Below are positions 23,401 through 30,650 of a stretch of DNA of 32,000 nt, piece by piece (the stretch's first letter is position 1; each line of letters begins with the position of its first letter). Source of the stretch: an uncultured Clostridia bacterium (lineage in GTDB: Bacteria > Bacillota > Clostridia > Oscillospirales > Ruminococcaceae); NCBI GenBank assembly GCA_947166945.1, contig CAMVGH010000005.1, positions 1 through 32,000 of the forward strand, read 5' to 3'. The notes below the pieces were generated by a model that worked only from the letters and a program-made list of their open reading frames with translations, was not told where the DNA came from and ran no database searches. Made by a program: the position numbers and the translations under genes.

Positions 23401-25143
23401 TACCGCCGTATTCGCAATGATACCTGTCATATTGTTCCGGTAGAGAGCGGTCTGGCTGACTACGGACAGCAGATACCATTCATTCGCGGTACGGTTGTAG
23501 AAGACAACGCTGTCGGTACCGCTTATTTTTGTGTGGAAATTAAGTGAGCTCTCACCGGAGGAAAGTATTCTCTGGAATACGGCGGTGTACTGCGGCAGAG
23601 CTGCGGAAATAGGCTGACCTACCGCGGCAACATCGGCATAACCGACTATCTGACCGCTCCCGCTGACAATAAGGGCGTCACCGCCCGCAATACTTATCCT
23701 TGAAACGCTCTCCTGCAAGCCTGTCAGGTTGAAGTCGAGCGCGACTACAGTCGTTCCGTCGGACAGCAGTTCCGACACCGTGAAGCACATTTCTCCCGAC
23801 GCAAGATCAAGATATGGGGCAGTATAATAGATACTGCCGCTTCCCTTTTTGCGTGCGCCCTTGTACCAGTCGCGCTGAACAGGGTCAAAATCCTCCGGCA
23901 TCACAAAATCCGGAATGCTGTACCAGTCCTCGCCCGCGGCATAGACGTTCGTGCAGCTTCCGACGGAATTGTAGTCCTTGTTAGTTTTGAGATAGGCGTC
24001 GATCTCGTCTCCCGAAGCGTTTTCCTTGTAGAGCAGCTCCAGTCCCGACGCTATCTGTCTCGTGAGTATCTCCGCCTCGTACAGTGTCTGTTCAAGGTCT
24101 CCCGATACCGATTCGAGCTGTGCGCGTCCTATCGCGTCTGCCTGTCCGCTTATCATCGAGTAGAACAGCCGGAAGTTGAATACCAGCACCAAACTCATGG
24201 CAGCGGTGAACACCGCCAGCAGCGCATAATTGAAGCGCTTTGAAAGGATATGCTCCGTTCCCCTCCTGCTCTTTTCCTTCGGACTGTACGCAAAGAGCAG
24301 ACCGAAGCAGCCCCTGCCGCAATTGCAGGCTACAGCCGAGGAAGCCTTCACGAAATAAATATTGCGGAATATCGCGTATTTCCGGACTGTCTCCGCTATT
24401 TTTCCAAGCTCGGTGTCATCGAGTCCCGCATAGGTTATGAAAAGCGTGTCGGTCTCAATGTCATTCCTGCCGTGCAGCTGTCCGCGTATATAGGAGCGCA
24501 TCGACGCTTCGTGAAGTCCGTACACCATGCCGCCTACGGCGATCCTGCTTTTCTTCATCACAAGCATGGGACGCAGCAGCATTCTTTCACACAGCTTGCG
24601 CATGCCGCTGCCGAGCCTGCCGTTCCTGTTCATAAACTCAAGCTCGCGCACTATGAATGTCGATGATACCCTTGAAGCGTACTCACTGACCTCCGCACGG
24701 AGCTGCTGCATATTATGCTCTTCTCTTGCAAGCTCCGCCGCCCTGAGAACGACAAGTCCGAGGCCGCTGGAGATCTGTCCGGAGTCGAGAACATATACGC
24801 CGGGTACGCTTTCAGCCGCTTTTACCGCGTTGTCGTAGCCCTTGCTCGCATACCGCCCCATTGTTATGTGAAGTATCGCGGTATTGCCGCGTATGTTTTC
24901 TCTGAAAAAACTCAGATAATCCTCTTCCGAAGCAGCGTCCGACATAACAACATCGTCCGTTGTTTCCATATAATCAAGAAGATCGTCGGGGCTTATTTCC
25001 ACGCCGTCAAGAAACTGACCGTCCCGTGTCCTGACAATGTTGGGAAGGACTCTGACCGAATATTCCCTGACAAGCTCCGGCGGCAGGTCACAGACGCTGT
25101 CGGTGGTTATCAGTATGTGAGGCTGTTCCCTTTCTTCACTCAT
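20473..25143 (-). CDS. Hybrid sensor histidine kinase with N-terminal DegV domain: DegV - TM - dCache - TM - linker - TM - dCache - TM - HisKA - HATPase - REC - HPt
   Basis: 1556-aa ORF. Aa 10-287 align with the stand-alone DegV at 11426-12325 (ILITTDSVCDL; VLDSGQISSGLGLVVLRAAELA). Cache motifs RDWYKGA and ERQWYIDS, each between TM helices. H-box QMSHEIRTPINAV (His codon 22066-22068). G-boxes DTGIGI...GTGLGISIV. REC IIFLDHMMPGMDG. HPt HGLKSTSKMIGA. Confidence 0.9.
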   Translation of the reverse strand: MSEEREQPHILITTDSVCDLPPELVREYSVRVLPNIVRTRDGQFLDGVEISPDDLLDYMETTDDVVMSDAASEEDYLSFFRENIRGNTAILHITMGRYASKGYDNAVKAAESVPGVYVLDSGQISSGLGLVVLRAAELAREEHNMQQLRAEVSEYASRVSSTFIVRELEFMNRNGRLGSGMRKLCERMLLRPMLVMKKSRIAVGGMVYGLHEASMRSYIRGQLHGRNDIETDTLFITYAGLDDTELGKIAETVRKYAIFRNIYFVKASSAVACNCGRGCFGLLFAYSPKEKSRRGTEHILSKRFNYALLAVFTAAMSLVLVFNFRLFYSMISGQADAIGRAQLESVSGDLEQTLYEAEILTRQIASGLELLYKENASGDEIDAYLKTNKDYNSVGSCTNVYAAGEDWYSIPDFVMPEDFDPVQRDWYKGARKKGSGSIYYTAPYLDLASGEMCFTVSELLSDGTTVVALDFNLTGLQESVSRISIAGGDALIVSGSGQIVGYADVAAVGQPISAALPQYTAVFQRILSSGESSLNFHTKISGTDSVVFYNRTANEWYLLSVVSQTALYRNNMTGIIANTAVNLCLIAGMILLYIFSIRYRGRIEQRLKYTESAVSGAVARISAPMEDIVKRSDYRLLRSSDEPEVYMERLRESSLKMKSALASLYTVDTDADKKENESGRIIKDVHADSDISDRTNKHACAGIIALLTVTMILCIAISTVLMINWGNTRMEKETGDYTSELESWIVEQKSVLDMFVSFISAEPEMLGDYDKCVEWLNDITVQYDDISVSYMTDPRAEHTVIMNNGWEPDDDWHVEERQWYIDSIESEKEDGFSVSAPYYDEQIGAYCVTFSKRVYDKTGNFLGVFGIDFFLDKLTGILDSSYTDEGYAFLADADGQIINHPAPEYQMSESNVVTLEQAGYLNAVLAGDTVIIKDYDGSYKAFYAVPDPTSGFTIVCAKNWNVIYGSLVRYIIVFIVIFGAGIAITGSLLHIMIVWQKRVRKTLENSAAEAEKAGQAKSQFLAQMSHEIRTPINAVLGMNEMIMRESSSDDIREYSENIQNAGRTLLTLINSILDFSKIEDGKMEIVPVSYDTALMINDLVNMVLERAEQKNLEFRTEIDRKLPKTLYGDDVRIRQIITNILTNAVKYTPKGSVTLRMLIADRNGDRITLRTEVQDTGIGIRPEDRDALFESFRRLDSEKNRAIEGTGLGISIVQKLLVMMGSELQLDSVYGEGSRFWFDIVQEVVDDEPIGDYEERLRLSRHNENSREYIYAPDARVLVVDDNMMNLKVAKGLLKRTGIKVDIVASGSDALKAVTQNRYDIIFLDHMMPGMDGLETRKNMETAGLLGENTAVIMMTANAIVGAKEEYLSAGFDDYLSKPVEVRSLEMILKKYLPAEKIGYKTADADIRTGGTSADPVPAAAADDTAAAQTAHAGPVQENTQDDETNDVIDKNVGLEYCMNEEDFYREMLDTYIKEKTEKTAQLESALKNGDLKRYTVLIHGLKSTSKMIGAVRFSELAYELECAGKEGRLDDIKKKHDYAMEVYERVIRKAGSMIS

Positions 25144-27193
25144 CTGTGTCCTCCCGCAAAAATTGTTCCAGAACTCTGTGCATATTTTTCATGGATACCG
25201 GCTTTGAAAGGAATCCGTCAAAGCCCATACTGAGGAAATTGTCCCTCGCGCCGCTCATGGCGTTGGCGGTAAGCGCCACTATCGGTCTGTGCCTGTAATA
25301 GCCGCCGCTCAGATTCCGTATCGCTTTCATAGCGTCCGTACCGTTCATATCCGGCATCATGTGGTCCATAAATATGATATCAATGTTCTCGGAGCTGCAT
25401 ATACCGATAGCCTCCGGACCGCTCGCCGCCGAAAATACTCTTAATCCGAACCTTTGCAGCATGCCCTTTGCCACCATTATGTTCATCGGCTCGTCGTCCA
25501 CCACAAGAGCCTTCTTACCGGGCGGCAGAAGGGACAGCTCATCTTCGGTCTCAACGTCCATTCTTGCGGTCTGCGCTCCGGGACCGGATCGCTTTAAGAA
25601 GCCCACTACCGCCGGAAGATACACAGGCTTTCTGATGATGCTGACAGAACTGTCGGCGGGAAGCGTGAACTGGCCGCCCGAAAATACACATACCCAGCAT
25701 TGCTTTGCGATCCTTTCAAAATATGACGGGTCACTGCCATATTCGGCTTCGGCAATAAAAATGTGCGTTACGCCGCCCTTTTCCATCCGTTCTCTGAGCT
25801 GTGCCAGCGAGGTCACAACCGTTACGTCAACGCCCAGTTCTTCATGGACATGATCCACTGTCTTGTAATAGTACTCTCCCACTTCGCGACGCGCGTATTT
25901 CGACCTGTCAAACCAGCATACCGCATGATATTTTCCCGCACCGGAGATGCCTATGCAGCAAGTCCGGTCAGCCACCTTCTGCGGAACGGTGACGTGAACG
26001 TGAGTCCCCTTGCCGCTGCTTTCAAGTTTTACAAAACCGTGCATTGAACGCACTATCCCGTGGACTATCGCAAGTCCGAGACCAAGCCCGCCCCTGCGCC
26101 GCTCGGTGCTGTCATCGGCTGCAAAAGTGCCGCTGAACAGGCGGTTCCTGTATTTGTTCTCGATGCCCACGCCCGTATCATATACGTCTATATTGAGGTT
26201 GATATCATCTCCCTGCGGACGGGAGCTGACATAAAGATATCCGCCGCCGGACTCCGTGAATTTCACCGCGTTGTCAAGCAGACATTCGAGTATCTTGCGG
26301 AGACGCTTTGCATCGCCGATAAGCACACGCGGTACGGCAGGAGATAAATCGACTGCAAAATCCGCGCCTATGTATGACTTGGTAAAAACGTTCCGTATCG
26401 TGTCATAGATCACCGACTCCGTCTCGTACTCGCTTTCCGCGATACGGAAACGGTCAGTCTGAAGTTCGGAGAATATAAGTATGTCGCTTATCTGGCGCTG
26501 TATGCGCTTTCCGGCACTGTACAGCGCGTACAGGTCATCACTGTATTTTTCCGGAAGACCTGCGTCAAGCATCAGCTCGCTCAGTCCGCAGATCACGTTT
26601 ATGGGCGTTCTGAGCTCGTGGGACATATTGGCAAGAAACTGCTTTGTATCATTTTTAGCGTCTGCCGCTTCCCGGCGCAGTTCGTCCTTTTCATTCCCGT
26701 CCTTGCGGCCGATCAGGATAAAATATACGGCTATCCCCGCCGCGAACGAAAGGCAGAAGATCCCGAGAGCTATTCTTGAATAGACCGTAGTTGGAGTATC
26801 GGCATTCAGATATCCGGTTATAAAAATATTCACGGCGATGTATATAGGGTATGACAGAACCGTCAGCAGAACAAGCTTGACATCATTCTGCCGCGAGAGT
26901 ATAACTATAAGCAGGCACAGTAATATCGGTATATCGGTTATGGGTATGCCGTGAAGAGCATAGAACATCAGAACTCCGAGAATGACGATGATATACAGGT
27001 ACAGCCTGACCGCGGGCTTTCCCGTGTCCGTAAAATGCATCACCCAGCATAAAGCGCACGCACCGGTTATGATGGGTATAGCCGGAAGTTCCCACTGTGA
27101 CAGTACGATTATTATATCAAACAGCACCGTCATCACGGAAAACATACCGAGTAAGATCATGTGAAATGATGTTTCAAGATCCCTGCCGCGCAT
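25136..27193 (-). CDS. Polytopic hybrid histidine kinase (5-6 TM - HisKA - HATPase - receiver-like insert lacking the Asp - REC)
   Basis: 685-aa ORF. Hydrophobic for its first ~160 aa. H-box NMSHELRTPINVI. G-boxes DTGVGI...GGLGLGLAIV. Aa ~410-535 form an alpha/beta-like segment (HIFIAEAEY where a receiver would have D). C-terminal REC IIFMDHMMPDMNG. 8-nt overlap with the downstream gene. Confidence 0.9.
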   Translation of the reverse strand: MRGRDLETSFHMILLGMFSVMTVLFDIIIVLSQWELPAIPIITGACALCWVMHFTDTGKPAVRLYLYIIVILGVLMFYALHGIPITDIPILLCLLIVILSRQNDVKLVLLTVLSYPIYIAVNIFITGYLNADTPTTVYSRIALGIFCLSFAAGIAVYFILIGRKDGNEKDELRREAADAKNDTKQFLANMSHELRTPINVICGLSELMLDAGLPEKYSDDLYALYSAGKRIQRQISDILIFSELQTDRFRIAESEYETESVIYDTIRNVFTKSYIGADFAVDLSPAVPRVLIGDAKRLRKILECLLDNAVKFTESGGGYLYVSSRPQGDDINLNIDVYDTGVGIENKYRNRLFSGTFAADDSTERRRGGLGLGLAIVHGIVRSMHGFVKLESSGKGTHVHVTVPQKVADRTCCIGISGAGKYHAVCWFDRSKYARREVGEYYYKTVDHVHEELGVDVTVVTSLAQLRERMEKGGVTHIFIAEAEYGSDPSYFERIAKQCWVCVFSGGQFTLPADSSVSIIRKPVYLPAVVGFLKRSGPGAQTARMDVETEDELSLLPPGKKALVVDDEPMNIMVAKGMLQRFGLRVFSAASGPEAIGICSSENIDIIFMDHMMPDMNGTDAMKAIRNLSGGYYRHRPIVALTANAMSGARDNFLSMGFDGFLSKPVSMKNMHRVLEQFLREDTDE

Positions 27194-27196
27194 ACG

Positions 27197-29557
27197 TCAT
27201 ACCTCTCTCATTTTATAATCCACATCTTCGTCTATCATTGCGAGCATTATGTCCGCAAACCTCGGGTCAAACTGTGTACCCCGTCCTTTTTCGATCTCGC
27301 TTCGGACTTTTTCCTGAGACATCACGTCACGGTAGCTTCTGCGGCTCGTCATAGCGTCGTAAGCATCTGCTACGGCGATTATCCTTGCTTCCTCGGGAAT
27401 ATCTCCGCCTTTCAGACCGTCCGGATAGCCTCTGCCGTCATAGCGCTCATGATGCCACCTTGCACCTGTCGCAAGCTTCGGCATCTCCTGTATATTTTTC
27501 AGTATCCGTGCGCCCATTACCGGGTGGGTCTTGATGATCTCATATTCTTCGTCTGTGAGACGAGCAGGCTTGTTGATCACAGCGTCGGGAATACCAATCT
27601 TGCCTACATCATGCAGAAGTCCCATCATATAGATGTCGCTCTGCCGCTGCGCCGGATATCCCGCGCGCCTTGCTATCTCCATTGAATACTCCGCGACTCT
27701 GCCGGAATGTCCGTTTGTATAGGTATCCTTTGCGTCGATCGCGTCGGCAAGAGACTTTACAACGTGCAGAAACAAAGCTCTGTTCTCACCGGTTTTGCGT
27801 TCCACTTCAGCGCTAAGAGAGCGCTGAAGGGTAGTCAGCTCAATAGTATGCCTTACACGAAGCAGAAAGATCTCCGGAGCAAACGGCTTTTTGATAAAAT
27901 CCATAGCGCCGAGGGAAAGACCTTTGCTCTCCGACTCCGTATTATCATCGGCGGTAAGGAATATTACCGGTATCTCCGATATTTCCCGCTCCATGCTGCG
28001 GAGCTTTTTAATTGTTTCAAATCCGTCCATGTCGGGCATTTTTATATCGAGAAGAATAAGATCGGGAATGCTTTTTTCGACATGATCAAGCAGATCCTGA
28101 CCGGATCTGAGCGTGGTGACACCGTATCCTGCTTTGTTCAGTATATGTTCTGCCATGCGCAGATTCGGGTAATCGTCATCAACAACAGCTATGCTGATCT
28201 TGTCGGAATGCTTCACATGATCGTCCGTGCTGCCGACGAACTCCGTTTCAAACGACGCAAGGAGCTTGTCGCCGTGCAGCTCACACCAGCTGCGGAGAAG
28301 ATTGCCGATGACCTTTTCCGTCGCTTCCCTGCGGACATCTGTGAGAAACACAAAATACCTGTCCGAGCGGTTTCGCATGAAAATGTCGGATTTCCGCAGA
28401 GATTCCCTTATATGATTTCCGAATTCGGTACAAAGCTCCTTGTATTCGTCCTCATCAGTACCCGCGTTCCGGGACAGCGTAAACATCACTTTGCAGGCTG
28501 TCCGGTTATTGCGTATGATGTACCTCATCACATATCTGTAAACATACGCGAAAGATTCGCTGTCGAGCTGCAATGCGACATTCGGTATAGAGCGTTCGCC
28601 GAGTATCTCCGAAACACTGTGGATATCAAGGATATCATTTTCTTCATCGTCCGGGAAATCATCTGCGCTGTACAGCGCACAGCCATGCTTTCCGTGCCGC
28701 TTTACGCTGTAAAGCGCCTTGTCCGCAAGCTTCAGAAGAGAATCATAGTCGTTGCCGTGATCCGGCACCGCCACAGCTCCTATCGACGCGCCGATAGGTA
28801 TCTGCATATCTTCGCCCATAAGCTTCTTTGCGTCTCTTATCATGTCCTCATTTATTTTCGCCGTGATCTCCGAAAGCCTTTCATGGCTGAGCTTTTCCGG
28901 GCAGAATGAAACAAACTCGTCGCCTCCGAACCTTGCCACCCTGCTCTCTTTCGGAAGGGCGGCGGAAACTATCCGCGAAAAGCTTATCAGCACCTCATCG
29001 CCGGTCTCATGACCGTAGATATCATTTACAAGTTTGAACGAATCAAGGTCGATCATCAGCATACAGCCCGATTCAGATGAACACAGCCGTGAAAATTCCA
29101 CGCCGGCAGCTCCCTTGTTCAGAAAGCCCGTGAGTTTGTCGATCGTCGCCTCGTTCTTGAAGTTCAGCATTTTTTCCTGCTTTGATAAGACATTGTTTAT
29201 GCGGCGCAGAAAAACTTCCGGAACAAACGGTTTTTTTATGTAATCCGATACGCCGGCTTCAAATCCGTGAGTCTCGGCGTCTGCACCCTCGGCAGCGGTA
29301 AGAAAAACGACCGGGGTCTCCTCCCACCCGTTTGCCTTTTCAGTCTCGCGCAGCTTTTCGAGTGCTTCAAAGCCGTCCATTTCCGGCATGCTTATGTCAA
29401 GCAGTATCAGATCGGGTGTGCCGTTCACGGCTACGCAGTCAAGAAGCTCCTTGCCCGAACTCAAAGACGTAACGCGCATATCGTTCCGGCTTAGTATATA
29501 TCCTGCTACCTTCAGATTTAAGATGTCATCATCAACAACTATTACCCACTTTTCCAT
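27197..29557 (-). CDS. Dual-receiver c-di-GMP turnover protein: REC - GGDEF - degenerate GGDEF-like - REC - HD-GYP
   Basis: 786-aa ORF. REC1 LILLDISMPEMDG. Intact RFGGDEFVSF (nt 28913-28927). Middle segment SDIFMRNRSDRYFVFL (GGDEF replaced by RSDRY). REC2 LILLDIKMPDMDG. HD-GYP motifs LLHDVGKIGIPD and HHERYDGRGYPDGL. Confidence 0.9.
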   Translation of the reverse strand: MEKWVIVVDDDILNLKVAGYILSRNDMRVTSLSSGKELLDCVAVNGTPDLILLDISMPEMDGFEALEKLRETEKANGWEETPVVFLTAAEGADAETHGFEAGVSDYIKKPFVPEVFLRRINNVLSKQEKMLNFKNEATIDKLTGFLNKGAAGVEFSRLCSSESGCMLMIDLDSFKLVNDIYGHETGDEVLISFSRIVSAALPKESRVARFGGDEFVSFCPEKLSHERLSEITAKINEDMIRDAKKLMGEDMQIPIGASIGAVAVPDHGNDYDSLLKLADKALYSVKRHGKHGCALYSADDFPDDEENDILDIHSVSEILGERSIPNVALQLDSESFAYVYRYVMRYIIRNNRTACKVMFTLSRNAGTDEDEYKELCTEFGNHIRESLRKSDIFMRNRSDRYFVFLTDVRREATEKVIGNLLRSWCELHGDKLLASFETEFVGSTDDHVKHSDKISIAVVDDDYPNLRMAEHILNKAGYGVTTLRSGQDLLDHVEKSIPDLILLDIKMPDMDGFETIKKLRSMEREISEIPVIFLTADDNTESESKGLSLGAMDFIKKPFAPEIFLLRVRHTIELTTLQRSLSAEVERKTGENRALFLHVVKSLADAIDAKDTYTNGHSGRVAEYSMEIARRAGYPAQRQSDIYMMGLLHDVGKIGIPDAVINKPARLTDEEYEIIKTHPVMGARILKNIQEMPKLATGARWHHERYDGRGYPDGLKGGDIPEEARIIAVADAYDAMTSRRSYRDVMSQEKVRSEIEKGRGTQFDPRFADIMLAMIDEDVDYKMREV

Positions 29558-29651
29558 ATAGCAATCCTTTCTGAAACAAGCTGCTGTCTGTTTCGGGAGC
29601 CTTCTTTACTGCGTCATGCAGTTACATAAATATCTCCTGAACTGTTACGTT

Positions 29652-30299
29652 TCATACCTGCCTGTACATCGCAAGCATCATAGCTTTGAGCGTTTCAAGC
29701 TCCTTCATATCGTCAGATCCCGTTTCCGGCTTATATACAAGCCCCACCGCGTATCTTGTGACCGCCGCAAGCATGAGATGAAGCGTTGTTGAGAACATTT
29801 CCGCTTCCGGTATGTCGGTACGGACCGTCTTATCCGTCTTTGCCCGCTCATATATCATACGGAAGTACTCTCCGAAATTATCTATCATGCCATAGTATGT
29901 TTCAAGAGCAGTTTTTTCTGTTCCTGCACTTTCCACATACATATTGAACATCTGATTGAAACGCAGAAGATCCTTTTTCTCACGGTACAGCATCAGAAAT
30001 CCGTCAAGGTAGAATTCGAGGATTTCCGCCGCTGTCATGCCGTCAATGTTTGCTTCCTCACGCCTCTTGCTGTCCAGTTCCCGGATCTCATTCCATTTTT
30101 TTATAGCTACTTCGATCACAAAACCCTGTTTTTTTTCGAAATAACGGTAAAGTGTTGCTATCCCGCAGCCTGCCGCATCAGCGATATTCTGCATAGATAC
30201 GGACTCTATGCCTCTCTTTGTAAAGATCTCAAATCCTTTTTCAAGCAGAACAGTCCGCCTTGCAGCCATCAGTTCCGCATCAGATTCCCTGCTCCACAT
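29652..30299 (-). CDS. TetR/AcrR family transcriptional regulator
   Basis: HTH SMQNIADAAGCGIATLYRYFEKKQ. The start is placed at ATG 30297-30299 (MWSRESD...) because the first ATG of the track ORF (30351-30353) lies inside the predicted promoter. Confidence 0.85.
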   Translation of the reverse strand: MWSRESDAELMAARRTVLLEKGFEIFTKRGIESVSMQNIADAAGCGIATLYRYFEKKQGFVIEVAIKKWNEIRELDSKRREEANIDGMTAAEILEFYLDGFLMLYREKKDLLRFNQMFNMYVESAGTEKTALETYYGMIDNFGEYFRMIYERAKTDKTVRTDIPEAEMFSTTLHLMLAAVTRYAVGLVYKPETGSDDMKELETLKAMMLAMYRQV

Positions 30300-30343
30300 A
30301 CTCTTACCGCCTTTTGATGATCCATTGTCTATATTTGATAAAC

Positions 30344-30372
30344 ATTTTATCATAGGGTACGGAATTTGTCAA
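30344..30372 (-). promoter_or_regulatory. Sigma-A promoter of the TetR gene (TTGACA-N17-TAAAAT)
   Basis: Reverse strand: TTGACA (30367-30372), 17 nt, TAAAAT (30344-30349). Confidence 0.5.
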
Positions 30373-30545
30373 TAGAATTGATAATATAAAATCCTGCCGA
30401 TATCTGATACCGCATTTATTGAATTATAGGAAATAAAAAAATATATGTTCTGAATACATATAGGAATATTATGATTTTTTTGAACGAAAAGATTTATGCA
30501 GGATCATTAAACAATGTAATAACCTACAAAGTTTTATTTTGGTTA

Positions 30546-30574
30546 TTGACAAAAACGGGTTTTACGGATATAAT
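30546..30574 (+). promoter_or_regulatory. Consensus sigma-A promoter of the ABC permease/ATPase operon
   Basis: TTGACA (30546-30551), 17 nt, TATAAT (30569-30574). It lies ~75 nt upstream of ATG 30651 (RBS AAAGGAGA). Confidence 0.6.
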
Positions 30575-30650
30575 GTGAGCTGTAATCATATATTGCCTAT
30601 ATGTTTACTATGTTTATGCCGGCCGCACCTGAAAAAAGGAGACATATAAA

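Noticed and set aside
27707-28909. A 400-aa plus-strand ORF. Other long antisense ORFs are similar: 15390..16127 (-), 24250..24666 (+), 24715..25233 (+), 13650..14072 (+), 10407..10835 (+) and 5191..5583 (+).
   Set aside because: All lie entirely antisense to ORFs with strong domain signatures (GGDEF/HD-GYP protein, response regulator, DegV kinase, zinc-ribbon protein, FakA, ABC importer). They have no RBS and a low-complexity, Arg/Ser/Cys-rich composition typical of shadow frames.
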